Notes under the pieces: model-generated
Databases searched by the model: none
What the model was told of the DNA's origin: nothing
What the model saw: the letters and a program-made list of their open reading frames with translations, nothing else
Made by a program: the position numbers and the translations under genes
Source of the DNA: Epithemia pelagica
Taxonomy: Eukaryota > Protista > Bacillariophyta
Direction: 5' to 3'
Assembly: GCA_946965045.2 (NCBI GenBank)
Contig: OX337241.1
Location: forward strand, 2,356,001 to 2,420,000
DNA length: 64,000 nt
Shown here: positions 42,741 to 54,625 of the stretch, in pieces
Numbering within the stretch: the first letter of the stretch is position 1
Layout of the letters: every line of letters starts with the position of its first letter

Positions 42741-45242
42741 ATGACAGTGGCCTTGAAAAAGAATCGATTGCAAGCGCGAGAACAAGTGGCCTTGGCATGG
42801 CACCAACGACGTCAACAACAACAACAACAACAACAATCGGGCCAAGACTCCTCCTCCCAACGAAGCACGCGTCCTCCGGCCTCGACTGCTTCGAGTCGAT
42901 CGACGGCCCTCACCAGCACACCATCCCAGCAATCACAACAACCCGCTGCGTGGTTTCCCTTTTGGTCCGCCTTGTTCCAAAAAGCGAACAGCGTACAACG
43001 CTGTGGGGGTTGCACGACTACCAACCACCATCACAAGAGTTTTACCACCAAAGCCCACCATCCTTCGTCCATTCCTCCATCCTCCAACAAGCAACCACCA
43101 AACGTTGCTCGACGACCCTCCCAACAACCACCACGATCTGTGGATCACCACAAGGGTAGTAATAGTAGTACGACGCATACTTCGTCCTCGTCCTCCTCCA
43201 GTCCCACAACGTTTCCGTCCATGTTGGCCTTGCATCAAGCCAATGCCCTGTCGCGACAAATTGAAACCCTTCTCTTGCATCATCAAGGACACAGTCAACG
43301 AAATTTGGGGGAATCACAACCAGAGCAAGAACCAGACGACGACCCGGAACCACACCAAGACCCACCAACCGCTCGAACGACGGCAACCGCACCTACTGCC
43401 CCCTCCTCCAAGTCTTCTTCGTCTTCGTCGTCGTCGTCGTCCTTGCTCGTGTCCATTTTATCCTCGCAATACAATTTGGAACAGGCCGTGTACGAAATGG
43501 CCCAGGCTCGGACGCGCGCCTTTTGGCTCGTGGATTTGAGTACGGTCGTTCATCGATTGGTGGAATGGGATCAAACATGGAATGCCACAAGTTCGAGTAG
43601 TAGTACGACGCACGTGCCCCCGGTACGACTCTTGTATCGCGTCTCGGCCAATGCCCATCCCATTTTGTTGCGGGTCTTGACTTGCTGTTGCACCACAACG
43701 ACCACGACCAGCAGCAGCACAACAACAAGATCCTTGAGAGGAACCAAACAACCCCAACAACAACAACCAGAACAGGAACCCGTGGTGCAATTGGTGACGA
43801 GCAATGCGTGGGATTTGGAACAAGTCCAACACTTTGGTGCGTCACAACGGCAGCAATCGACCAGTTCCTCGTGTGTAACGACCGTCTGGGATGATTCTAC
43901 CTGGACGGGCAAACCCAATGCCTATTTGCGCAAGGCCTGGCTCGGACGACCACAATCCTCCTCCGCGTCATCATCACAACCACCACAAGCACAACCCGCC
44001 ATTTCCTGTTTGGCCGTAAATGGACCCCACGAAGTGCATCGCATTTGGAATGCCTTGCAACGGGCCACGCAACGACGACGACAACGACCAAACCAATCGT
44101 CACCCAACAACAACCACCACACTCCTCGTGCCGCCGGCTTGTCGGTCTGTCTTCGATTGCCCGTCGGTCACCCCCACCAATGGTTGGACACGTGGATTTC
44201 AACGGTCCAGGCCTTGGACCGGTTGGCCGCCCGTCACAACAAGGACGACGACGACGACGAGTCCTTGTTTGGCATTGTGGCCGTGAGTGTGGAAGTGTCC
44301 GATTTGATAATCCACTCCTCCAACGCACCACAAAAGGAGGAGGAGCACACGTCTCCCGTAGTAGACTATACGAGTACTCCGTCGAGTACGACTCCCCGAC
44401 CGCCGTATTCGTTGGACTCGACCAGCTGGAAGGCCTTGATGGAGTGTCTGACGTGGAACCACCACCAGGATCACAACAACACGAACGACACGGCCACAAC
44501 ATCCTCCTCATCGCCGCAGGCCATTCGAGTCGAATTGACGGGTTCGGTGGAATTGGATCCGGCCATGGTGGAATTTGTGTCCGTCCTGCAACGACAGGCG
44601 GCATGCTGCTCCACTACGACGACACGGCCACAACCACTGATTTCCGAACTGGCCATTGACATTACCGGTCCCCTCTTGACGTCGGCGGGAGCCTTGTGTA
44701 CACGGGTCATTGGTGTCCGAGAAAGTAGTAGTGACCCTACCAATCACGACGATGAGAGCAGCGCTAGTGCGAGTGCAAGCGCTTCGACGACGACCCCCCA
44801 AACCACAGAGGAGCCACCCGCCACAACAAGGACGACGACCCGTTCCAAACGCCGACTTCATTATTACATTGACGATGGATGTTATGGATCCCTCTATCAA
44901 GAAGAAGGAGGAAAAGGTGCCGCTCATCCACTTCAACCGGTACCCCTCATTACCACGCCGCGGAGTACTACAGCAAGTAATAGCGACCAGGACACGCGGA
45001 CAAACTCGACCCAGGACAACGACAATCACAACAACAAGGACACGTTTGTCTCGACCGTCTGGGGTCCCACCTGCGATGGATTGGATCGAGTGTGCAATGA
45101 CATTTGGTTGCCGGAATTGCAACGAGACGATTGGCTCGTCTTTCCCATTCACTGCAGTGGAGGAGAAGGATTGGGAACCGCCTTTAATGGATTTTGTCCA
45201 CCCGATACCGCCTATTGCGTCCTCGGATACTTTCGAGAGTAG
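42741..45242 (+). CDS. ODC-fold protein, copy 2, with a chimeric N-terminus
   Basis: Near-identical to 8681-11160 from 42754 onward. The native 5' end is replaced by a repeated module that supplies ATG 42741. Confidence 0.75.
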   Translation: MTVALKKNRLQAREQVALAWHQRRQQQQQQQQSGQDSSSQRSTRPPASTASSRSTALTSTPSQQSQQPAAWFPFWSALFQKANSVQRCGGCTTTNHHHKSFTTKAHHPSSIPPSSNKQPPNVARRPSQQPPRSVDHHKGSNSSTTHTSSSSSSSPTTFPSMLALHQANALSRQIETLLLHHQGHSQRNLGESQPEQEPDDDPEPHQDPPTARTTATAPTAPSSKSSSSSSSSSSLLVSILSSQYNLEQAVYEMAQARTRAFWLVDLSTVVHRLVEWDQTWNATSSSSSTTHVPPVRLLYRVSANAHPILLRVLTCCCTTTTTTSSSTTTRSLRGTKQPQQQQPEQEPVVQLVTSNAWDLEQVQHFGASQRQQSTSSSCVTTVWDDSTWTGKPNAYLRKAWLGRPQSSSASSSQPPQAQPAISCLAVNGPHEVHRIWNALQRATQRRRQRPNQSSPNNNHHTPRAAGLSVCLRLPVGHPHQWLDTWISTVQALDRLAARHNKDDDDDESLFGIVAVSVEVSDLIIHSSNAPQKEEEHTSPVVDYTSTPSSTTPRPPYSLDSTSWKALMECLTWNHHQDHNNTNDTATTSSSSPQAIRVELTGSVELDPAMVEFVSVLQRQAACCSTTTTRPQPLISELAIDITGPLLTSAGALCTRVIGVRESSSDPTNHDDESSASASASASTTTPQTTEEPPATTRTTTRSKRRLHYYIDDGCYGSLYQEEGGKGAAHPLQPVPLITTPRSTTASNSDQDTRTNSTQDNDNHNNKDTFVSTVWGPTCDGLDRVCNDIWLPELQRDDWLVFPIHCSGGEGLGTAFNGFCPPDTAYCVLGYFRE

Positions 45243-45438
45243 GTGTACGGATTGTAGAAAACGACGACACGAGTCGAACCTGTGTGTAGCAACCTAGGAA
45301 CAACCATCACCACTCAAACACAAAATGGCTTAGTCTAGAATCTCTCATGTATAGAACACTGTCATAAGATATCTAAATCGAGGGGCTCGGATCGAACGCG
45401 AGCCCGCTCTCGCATAGTTTCGCCATATATGTGCTGGT

Positions 45439-48015
45439 CTACAGTCCGGCGGCGTGTTGGCCCAAGGCATGAAGGACCATGGTCAAAAGTTCCGTCACGG
45501 TCTTGTCCGTCGTGCTGCCTTCCATGGCATAATCCAATGGATTTCTCCCACTTTGATCCGTCCAAACGACTGCTTCCGGATCTTCCTCGAGCAAGCATTG
45601 AATCACTGGCAATGACGCTCCATGAATCACGGCCGAGTGAAGGGCCGACCGTCCATAAAAATCCACGGCTTGGTTGGCATCCGGACAATGGTCCAACAAG
45701 AGCTGAACGACAGACGAGGATGCTGTGGTTCCCGTCTTGCAAACCAACTGCAAGGGCAAGGAACCATCCGAGGGATCGGGAATTGCGGCTCCCATTGGAT
45801 ACAGACCCAGCAAAAGGTCCAAAAAGCCAATGGGAGCATTTTCAATGCAGGCCATGTGGATGGGAAGCCGTTTCCAAATGCTTCGAAAATGGCCACCCCC
45901 ACCCTCCTCCGGTTTGCAGCATCTCATGTTGCTGTGGTGGCAGTGGTGGTCAACACCATAATACCACTTGTGTGCGGTCGTGGGATCATCTTCCACCAAT
46001 TCCAGGGCTCGTGTCCAATCCCTCTGCACAATCATATCCAAAAGTCCATCTACAATGGATGGAGGCGGAGGCACCATGGCGTACCTGGACGATGATGAAA
46101 AAGAAGAATTGACAGTGGTAGATTCCTTCTCTTGTGCTACAACTGTGTTTGCGGAGAAGTCCGCCTTGTTTTCTTCCTTGCTCGAGGACGAAGCCACCAG
46201 TGTGATGGTGTCGAGAGGAATTGGTAGAGACTCATGACTGGTACAATCTCCGACGCCGGACAACAAAACATGCCGACATTGGTCTTTATAGTCGCCGTCC
46301 TTCATGCATTCGTCCAGGTATTCCAAGGCAGTTTTTCCATGCTTGTCACTAGGCCAATCCACCGGTCCCGACTCGCACAGGATTTGCAAGGATTCCAGTG
46401 GACCTGGTGTTGTCGTCTCATCATCATCACCGTCCTTCTTGAGTGTGGAAAGGGCCAAGGTTGTTTCGGGATTTGGCTCGCAAAGTGTGGGTAGGTTCCA
46501 GCCCGCCGCAACCAAATGAATGGGAAGCATGCCCAGGACAGGCGTCGACGCTCCACCTGGATACGCTCGAATCAAAAGGTCCAGAACGGAAGGACTCGCC
46601 TGAAAGATGCAGGCAATGTGAATGGGCAAAAGAAGCAGAAGACGAGTCCCATCATGCCTGGCAATTTCGTCCAGGAGGGGCTGGATATCCCACTCGACCA
46701 CAAACCGATTGAAATCATTCTTTGGGCTACTCGTCGTCGTGTCGGATACACCCGACGACGTGCTCTCCGTGTCGTTGGATACCTTGGCTTGCATGGTTGG
46801 CGCGAGTCCTTCGGTGAAACCAACCTGGAACGGAGCTGCAGGTTCTTGGTACGTCCACGAGCCTCCTTCATTGTCATGACCAGTGGTCTGCTGCTGCTGC
46901 GCAGAACGTCGTGATGATGAAAGGGACGCGGTAGAGGGGGTATCGTCGAAAGAATCATTGTTCCGTTCCGACTCTTCCCACGTGCGTTCCGTTTCTTTAT
47001 CATGAGGAGGACGAGGAGGAGACGCTGGGAGTGGCATGGCAGCCAGTCCTCCCGATGGACTGAGTTGAAGCACCACTCCCGGCTTGGTCGTCAAGTCCAT
47101 TTCGTCGTCTTCCTGGTTGTTCCAACAGGGTGGTGGTTGCTCTAGTCCTCGAATGGAAGGACCATCAGTACTGGACAAGGACGATTGATCGTCGCAGTCG
47201 CAATACAAAAACACTCCATGATGGTTCGTCGTCTTTTTGGGTGGACTGTACTCGTTCACTGATTCTTCACCTCCCACCGGTTGTGGGCCATGGGGAAGGA
47301 GGAATCTTCGTGGTTCGACACTCCCTGAATCGACATCTTCTGCATTGTCACCACTTGGTTGGGGAGAAACCATTGGAAATTGGGGAAAAGATCCGTTTCG
47401 ATGGTCTCGCCATGAACGCAACTTCTTGGCCAATCTTGTTGTGGTGGTTCTTCTCCTCCTTGGAGGAACTCCCCGTCGTCGTGTCGTAGTAGTATGGTGT
47501 GGCCATTTGTGTCCTTCTTGTTGTTGTTGGGGACGACCCGGGCGATGACTACGACTACGACGACCGTTGTTGGTGTTGTTGTGGTTCTTCCGGCTCGGAT
47601 AATGGTGGGGTTGGACAGACACGGCGGCTGTGGCTGCGGCATCCATCACCGAGTGGTGTTGTTGTAGCAAGAGTTGTACCACTTCCACGGGTGGATCCAA
47701 GGCACAGATCAAATGCAAGGGCATGACAGTCAACTCCAAATCGATACCCTCCGAAAGGGCAATGCAAACTTCCATGGTCAGTTCTTCTGGATACCGATGT
47801 ACACGAATCAAGACACGTTGCCAATCCTGACGCAAAATCAAGGCCCACAGCGGTGAAGACGAACAGGAGGACCGAAGAAGCGGACATGTAGTCGTCATGG
47901 TTCGAGCGGAGAATGGGTTTCTCTTCCAGACAACATGTTCCGGAACGCAAGACTTATTGAGGGGAGGATCAAAGGGTCGTGCTGGCAATGGAGGCACTGC
48001 CAATTGGTTTCCCAT
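45439..48015 (-). CDS. Intact ankyrin-like repeat protein, 858 aa
   Basis: LPIHIAC, LPIHLV, LPIHMAC, LPLQLVC, GRSALHSA and GRNPLDYA repeats in an uninterrupted ORF. Confidence 0.75.
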   Translation of the reverse strand: MGNQLAVPPLPARPFDPPLNKSCVPEHVVWKRNPFSARTMTTTCPLLRSSCSSSPLWALILRQDWQRVLIRVHRYPEELTMEVCIALSEGIDLELTVMPLHLICALDPPVEVVQLLLQQHHSVMDAAATAAVSVQPHHYPSRKNHNNTNNGRRSRSHRPGRPQQQQEGHKWPHHTTTTRRRGVPPRRRRTTTTRLAKKLRSWRDHRNGSFPQFPMVSPQPSGDNAEDVDSGSVEPRRFLLPHGPQPVGGEESVNEYSPPKKTTNHHGVFLYCDCDDQSSLSSTDGPSIRGLEQPPPCWNNQEDDEMDLTTKPGVVLQLSPSGGLAAMPLPASPPRPPHDKETERTWEESERNNDSFDDTPSTASLSSSRRSAQQQQTTGHDNEGGSWTYQEPAAPFQVGFTEGLAPTMQAKVSNDTESTSSGVSDTTTSSPKNDFNRFVVEWDIQPLLDEIARHDGTRLLLLLPIHIACIFQASPSVLDLLIRAYPGGASTPVLGMLPIHLVAAGWNLPTLCEPNPETTLALSTLKKDGDDDETTTPGPLESLQILCESGPVDWPSDKHGKTALEYLDECMKDGDYKDQCRHVLLSGVGDCTSHESLPIPLDTITLVASSSSKEENKADFSANTVVAQEKESTTVNSSFSSSSRYAMVPPPPSIVDGLLDMIVQRDWTRALELVEDDPTTAHKWYYGVDHHCHHSNMRCCKPEEGGGGHFRSIWKRLPIHMACIENAPIGFLDLLLGLYPMGAAIPDPSDGSLPLQLVCKTGTTASSSVVQLLLDHCPDANQAVDFYGRSALHSAVIHGASLPVIQCLLEEDPEAVVWTDQSGRNPLDYAMEGSTTDKTVTELLTMVLHALGQHAAGL

Positions 48016-48722
48016 GCTGGTGTGTGTGCCAACGATATTGGTACCTTGTTGTTCGTTCTAGAATACTGGTGAAACCGAAACAAAATAATGAGCCACGGTC
48101 AGTGTGCGCAAGTTTTGGTTGGTGGTTGGAATGGTGGAACCTGGATGCTTTTCCTGGAGTCCTCTCCCACCAAACCACTCCGTGTGTGTGTCTTGCACAA
48201 TGGAATCCGCAACCACCACCACATGGATCTCTCTCTCTCTCTCTTGGGTACAGAACGTTCCATCAGAATCAGGCATGGCCCTTGGCAGAGTGTTGGAAGT
48301 TGTCCGCACCTCTATGGAAAAAGGTCCTGGAGGAAAGGATCCTTCCGTACACCGTTGACCCGCCACAAACACTGGTTAGAAATGGAACTCCCAATTCCCA
48401 ATCCCATCTACTCGAGGAAGAACCATCCTCCTGTAGTACACTCCGCACCAATATCCCTAATTGCTAGCTTTTGGCAGTTCCTGGAAGCTGAGAAACTTTC
48501 TACCTAGGAGTACCTAGTAGTTCGAGATTGTTGGAACCCAGCCAGTACAGGGCTCCAAGAACAGACGCATGACAGTGGCCTTGGACGAGACAGCAGAATG
48601 GAATACTAACGACTACTGGTGGATCATCTGCCCATCCATCTCGCGTCCAAAGCTCTTGTACGGGCAGGGTGACTTTCAGGTTCAACACTGTAGTAATTTT
48701 CCTTCCACTTGCAAAATATCGC

Positions 48723-49277
48723 CTAGAGACGAATGCCGATGAATTTCTTGAAGCGATCACGGCGCGTCTCCACTGTGCCTCCGGCGGCAAGGCCGTAGAA
48801 ACCCAGCGCGGCATTCAACGCAGGCCCATTCATGGTGTTCAAAGCTTGAAGAGTGGCAGGAAACTGGGGAAATGGGTTCCCAGTGCCATTATTCAACGGA
48901 GTAAGTATATCATTTTGATGGACAGCCACGGCGTTGCTTTGACGTGCATTGATATTTACGAGTTGTGCATTGATATTTACGAGTTGTGCATTGATAGGAG
49001 CCAAGCCAGCAGCCAACGCAGGACCAAACCAAGCAGGGGCTCCTCCCCCCGCCACAACGCCTGTGGCAGCAGCAGTGCAACGTGCTTGGAACGCTTCGTG
49101 ATCCCCGTACTCTGCTTCCGTGATGGAACCATTTTGAAATAGGCCCTCCGCTATTTTCTTGCGCTTTGCAGACCGAGTGACGCGGACATTGGCAGGCCCA
49201 GCTGCGCCAACGTCGACAACTAAATCGAGAGCCGCTTGAGCACTAGCGTTTGCAACTGCAGGTGGATTGAACGCCAT
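48723..49277 (-). CDS. Mug135-like protein, copy B (one extra 21-nt heptad)
   Basis: Same as copy A but reads INAQLVN twice. Confidence 0.5.
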   Translation of the reverse strand: MAFNPPAVANASAQAALDLVVDVGAAGPANVRVTRSAKRKKIAEGLFQNGSITEAEYGDHEAFQARCTAAATGVVAGGGAPAWFGPALAAGLAPINAQLVNINAQLVNINARQSNAVAVHQNDILTPLNNGTGNPFPQFPATLQALNTMNGPALNAALGFYGLAAGGTVETRRDRFKKFIGIRL

Positions 49278-49936
49278 GGTATGGTAATGACAAAATGACA
49301 TCGAGTTCACGAAAAACTTTTCGCGCGGATGCTTGTCTGTCGTGCGTACGTCGTGACGCGGCAGGAGTTCGGGAGCAGATGTTCGGACATCAGATGGACG
49401 AGCACGCGCGGAGCGCGCACACGGCCACGGCCAGCGCGCAACTGTGGATGGAGCTGGGAAGCAGAACATCGGCATCAGAGTCGAGCTCACAATTTTGGGA
49501 TAGTGAGTAGAGACTTCGAAATCTGCCATCTCAAGTGGAGGACATCAAACTAGATAGTTCTAAGGATTCAAAAACTGTTTGCTACGATGACTGTTTCGAC
49601 TAATCCTTTCTTTGAGGACGACGACTTCTTCTTCCCGCCTCCGGACCCGCCTCAACAGGATCCTTTGATGGGTTTGAAAGGTCCTCCCCCTTCCAACGGG
49701 ACTGCTTCTGACATTCCTGTTGTCTCCCAACTTTCCCAAGGAAATGATACCCATGCTGGTGTTTCGGAAACCGAAGTGGTCGACCTATGCTCGGTAGATG
49801 GTGACGGGCCCGGCGTGCGGGCCCGTCCCAAATTCGACTCGGTGATGAAAGAATCGCTGCGACGCTTGTGCATATGGAAGGTTTTGCAAGAACAACATGA
49901 GCGAGAGCAACAACAACAACAACAACAAGATTATCA

Positions 49937-51073
49937 TGGTCTGCTGCTGCTCCGCAGAACGTCGTGATGATGAAAGGGACACGGTAGAGGGGGTATCGTC
50001 GATAGTCTCGTTGTTCCGTTCCGACTCTTCCCACATGCGTGCCGTTTCTTTATCATGAGGAGGACGAGGAGGAGACGCTGGGAGTGGCATGGCAGCCAGT
50101 CCTCCCGACGGACTGAGTTGAAGCACCACTCCCGGTTTGGTCGTCAAGTCCATTTCGTCATCGTCGTGGTTGTTCCAACAGGGTGATGGTTGCTCTAGTA
50201 CTCGAATGGAAGGACCATCATTACTGGACAAGGACGATTCATCGCCGCAGTCGCAATACAAAAACACGCCATGATGGTTCGTCGTCTTTTTGGGTGGACT
50301 GTACTCATTCACTGATTCTTCCCCTCCCACCGGTTGTGGGCCATGGGGAAGGAGGAATCTTCGTGGTTCGACACTCCCCAAATCGACATCTTCTGCATTG
50401 TCACCACTTGGTTGGGGAAAAACCGTTGGAAATTGGGGAAAGGATCCGTTTCGATGGTCTCGCCAGGAACGCAACTTCTTGGCCAATCTTGTTGTTGTTG
50501 GCGGTCTCCTCCTCCTGGGAGGAACCCCCCGTCGTCGTGTCGTAGTAGTATGGTGTGGCCATTTGTGTCCTTCTTGTTGTTGATGTTGGGGACGACCCGG
50601 ACGACGATTACGACTACGACGACCGCTGGTCTCGTGGTTCTTCTGGCTCGGATAATGTGGGGTTGGATGGACACGGCGGCTGTGGCTGTGGCATCCATCA
50701 CCGAGTGGTGTTGTTGGAGCAAGAGTTGTACCACTTCCACGGGTGGATCCAAGGCACAGACCAAATGCAAAGGCATGACAGTCAACTCCAAATCGACACC
50801 CTCCGAAAGGGCAATGCAAACTTCCATGGCCAGTTCTTCTGGATACCGATGTACACGAATCAAGACACGTTGCCAATCCTGACGCAAAATCAAGGCCCAC
50901 AGCGGTGAAGAAGAAGAAGAAGAAGAGGACCGAAGAAGCGGACATGTCGTCGTCATGGTTCGAGTGGAGAATGGGTTTCTCTTCCAGACAACATGTTCCG
51001 GAACGCAAGACTTATTGAGGGGAGGATCAAAGGGTCGTGCTGGCAATGGAGGCACTGCCAATTGGTTTCCCAT
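49937..51073 (-). pseudogene. Ankyrin-like 5' half, frameshifted copy
   Basis: 1-nt deletion (ataatgtgggg versus ataatggtgggg) near 50655. Confidence 0.8.
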
Positions 51074-52432
51074 GCTGGTGTGTGTGTCCACGATATTGGT
51101 ACCTTGTTGCTCGTTCTAGAATACTGGTGAAACCGAAAAAAATAAGAGCCACGATCAGTGTGCGCAAGTTTTGGTTGGTGGTGGGAATGGTGGAACCTGG
51201 ATGCTTTTCCTGGAGGCCTCTCCCACCAAACCACTCCGTGTGTGTGTCTTGCACATTGGAATCCACAACCACCACCACATGGATCTCTCTCTCTCTCTCT
51301 CTTGGTTACAGAACGCTCCACCAGAATCAGGCATGTTCCTTGGTAGAGTGTTGGAATTTGTCCGCACCTCTATGGAAAAAGGTCCTGAAGGAAAGGATCC
51401 TTCCGTACACCGTTGACCCGCCACAAACACTGGTTCCCGCCTCGTAGGAATGGAACTACCAATCCCATCTACTCGAGGAAGAATCATCCTCCTGTAGTCC
51501 ACTCCGCAACAATATCCCTAATAGTTAGCTTTCGGCAGTTCCTGGAAGCTGAGAAACCCTCTACCTACCTAGTAGTTCGAGATTGTTGGAACCCAGCCAG
51601 CATGACAAGTGGCCTTGGACGAGACAGTAGAATGGAATAATAACGACTACTGGTGGATCATCTGCCCATCCATCTCGCGTCCAAAGCTCTTGTATGGGCA
51701 GGGTGACTTTTAGGTTCAACATTGTCCCCTTTGGCCATTCTGGGAGAATGTTTGAACCCTGTAATGAAGAGAGAGCCCTTTTATGATCGCGATCCTTGCA
51801 CTCCAGCTAGGAGTGCGATCATAAAAGCGCTCTCCCTTCATCACGGTCTGGAAGGCAGTAGATGAGTCCGACACTGGGACCCGTCCAATCGACGTTGCGA
51901 TGCCTTGATTTGTAGGGAGAATTTTGCCGCCGAACGGAAATCTCTCATGACCACCGCAGAGCCTTTTTTGTTCTTCCAATTCTGGTAATTTCTCTTGCAG
52001 GTCTTCCTTGGCAGTGCTTTGTTGTTGTTCTTGTTGTTGTTTGGCCATGCTTCTTTTTTGAGCCTCGAGGACGGTGCAACTCCTTCCATATGATTGGTAT
52101 CTGTGGCCGTCGGTTGCATGCCTTCAACTTTTGGCTCCATGTGCTGCGTCTCGTGATTTGTGTCATGTTGGAACTCTGGGAACAAGCGAAACAAGAGCTT
52201 CAACAGAATCATCTTTGTAATCTTCCCGACTCTTGGTCCTCCTTCTCGTCGCTATGGTCTACGGCCACGTTCTTATTGTATCAATCCCATGCACTGAATT
52301 TGGTACAAAATTACAAGGATGTGAGTCGTTAGTACCTGGAAGCTGAGAAACTCTCTACACCTACCTAGTAGTTCGAGATTGTTGGAACCGCCAGTACAGG
52401 GCTCCAAGAAGAACAGACGCATGACAGTGGCC

Positions 52433-52681
52433 TTGGACGAGACAGCAGAATGGAATGCTAACGACTGCTGTTGGATCATCCACCAGTCGTTCGTATACCA
52501 TTCTGCTGTCTCGTCCAAAAAGGACACAAGGACCGATTGCCATGCTTTTGTTCTTGCAGTCTTTATCATGGACATAGAGGTAGTCATGACAGTCCGGCCT
52601 TGGACGAGACAGAAGAATGGTATACGAACGACTGGTGGATCATCCACCAGTCGTTCGTATACCATTCTGCAATCTCGTCCA
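52433..52681. repeat. Two adjacent fold-back palindromes derived from a kelch 5' end
   Basis: 21-bp perfect terminal IR at 52433-52453/52498-52518. 26-bp perfect IR at 52615-52640/52642-52667 with a 1-nt spacer. Confidence 0.9.
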
Positions 52682-53139
52682 GAAAGGACACTAATCCCGA
52701 CTGCCATGCTTGTTCGTGCAGTCTTTATCATGGACATCGAGGAAGTTGTTTGGAGGGTGTGGAGTAGCGTGGAGGCCGCTTGTTGATGATCGATCATTGT
52801 CTGACAGAGTCTCTTGCTGCTGTATGGTCGTTGATGGCAGTCCCAGGAAAAGGGTTCAATCCCTAATACTTAGTATCCCAAGAAGATTTCAGTTTTTCAG
52901 AGCTCAATCATCTCTTTAAGTCGTAGCGTTAGGGCGTGTAGTGGAACCGACGCACATATGCGAAGGGCGATGGCGGCGCAGCGACACACATCCATTACAG
53001 CAACAGGTTTTGTTGTGTGTGCATACAAGCTGTCGTTGTTGTTGTTCCTGTGTGAGCAAAGAAGTGTATTGCTTGTGTCATCCGTTTGGACAAGAAAGGA
53101 ACGTATTTTTTTTCTGGACAGTGAGAAGCGTACAACAAC

Positions 53140-53586
53140 ATGTTTTCGACGAGATCCTCTTTGCTCCTCCGGTCCCTTGGTCGGACACCTCCCACGACGA
53201 CACTGGGTCGCGTCCGTCACATGGGCGGCGGCAAAATGCCCGTACCACAATCCATGAAGGCCAAACTGTGGGGTGGTGTGACGGAACGAGAAGGATGGGA
53301 AGATAGTTTTTACGTGACATCGGCCTTGGCCTGTTTGGGCTTTTACTTGTATTTTTTCATGACCCCCGACACCAATATTCAATCCTGGGCCCGCAACGAA
53401 GCCGCAGCTCGATTGCGTCTCAAGGAAGAACATGGGTTCACTGATTTTAAATTTGGAACGCATTATCAAGACAAGTTGCTGGATAGCCGTAGAACGGAGT
53501 GGGATGATTTGGGCAGCAAATTTGATCCCTTCAAGGAGGAAGACGACGATGACGACGAAGATGATGAAGAAGAAGATGACGAATAA
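53140..53586 (+). CDS. NDUFB11: Mitochondrial complex I ESSS subunit, copy 1
   Basis: Mitochondrial-type presequence, REGWE, a single TM helix and PDTNIQSWARNEAAARL. Confidence 0.75.
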   Translation: MFSTRSSLLLRSLGRTPPTTTLGRVRHMGGGKMPVPQSMKAKLWGGVTEREGWEDSFYVTSALACLGFYLYFFMTPDTNIQSWARNEAAARLRLKEEHGFTDFKFGTHYQDKLLDSRRTEWDDLGSKFDPFKEEDDDDDEDDEEEDDE

Positions 53587-53775
53587 ACTATTCTCATTAA
53601 ATTATTTGTAAGAAAGGAATCGTTGAAATCACATTGTAATCTGTAACTCGAATAGGCATCATGGTTAAAGTGGGTTTTCTTTTCTCCGCGTCTTCTGAGA
53701 TGTGGGTAGCTTTTTGCATGTCAACTTTGGTCGCAGTTCGGTGCCGAGAGATCCTTCTCGCAGAATCTTTTTCCC

Positions 53776-54510
53776 ATGATGGCCATGGCACCGCCGTCGC
53801 CCAGAAGGAGAACGCAGTTGTGGATCGACAGGACTCGAATGTTTGTGACAGTCCTTACGTGGTGGTCCTATTGGTTCCTCTTCTTCCTGGACGAAAGCCA
53901 TGGATTTTTGTCACCAAGAATCACTTCGTTCCAACATCATCCGCAGGACGTCGGGCGATGGCAACCAGAGTCGCGTGGCGTAGGTTGTGCTGGTAGAAAT
54001 GGTGGTCGTCCAGTCCTCCGAGTGTCTTCCTTGCAGGCGACTGGTTCTGATTCTTTTGTGGACCATCATGAGTCGTCGGAAGGATTGTATCGTCGGTTTG
54101 CCACGGTCGCATGGAACAAACTCTTGGACACGGGTTGGTTGGTACAAGAAATGGCCAACAACAACGACACAGACAAAGAATCCACAGGACTGGATTCGGA
54201 AGAAACTGCCTCGGATTCCTCCGAGACTCGTACCTTTGAACGATTGCACGTTCAACAAGCTCCTGCCAAGGGAATGCCACCCGGCAGTACGGTCAAGATT
54301 GAAATTCGTGCCCTTCGACCGTCGAGACCCGACGTTCCTGTGCAATATGCCCGATTGGCCTTGCTGGAAACCCTTGTGCCCTCCAATTCAACAGCAACAA
54401 CAACAACAACAAGAAGGATTCAAAGTCAGGGCATTCAAGTCTTGAATTTGGTCGTCTTTCCCTCTCCCGACAACCACCACCCTCAGCCACACCCACAACA
54501 AGAACAACCG
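53776..54510 (+). pseudogene. 5'-only copy of the ferredoxin-dependent bilin reductase gene
   Basis: Similar to 59732 onward but breaks after QQEQP (54510) into unrelated filler. Confidence 0.8.
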
Positions 54511-54625
54511 TCAGCTGCCGCACGAGTGCGCACAACAGCTGTAACGGCACTTGTGCCCTAAGCAGTCTACCCTCGTTATATATTGTATCAAACGAGTAAT
54601 TTCCCTTCCACTTGCAAAATATCGC

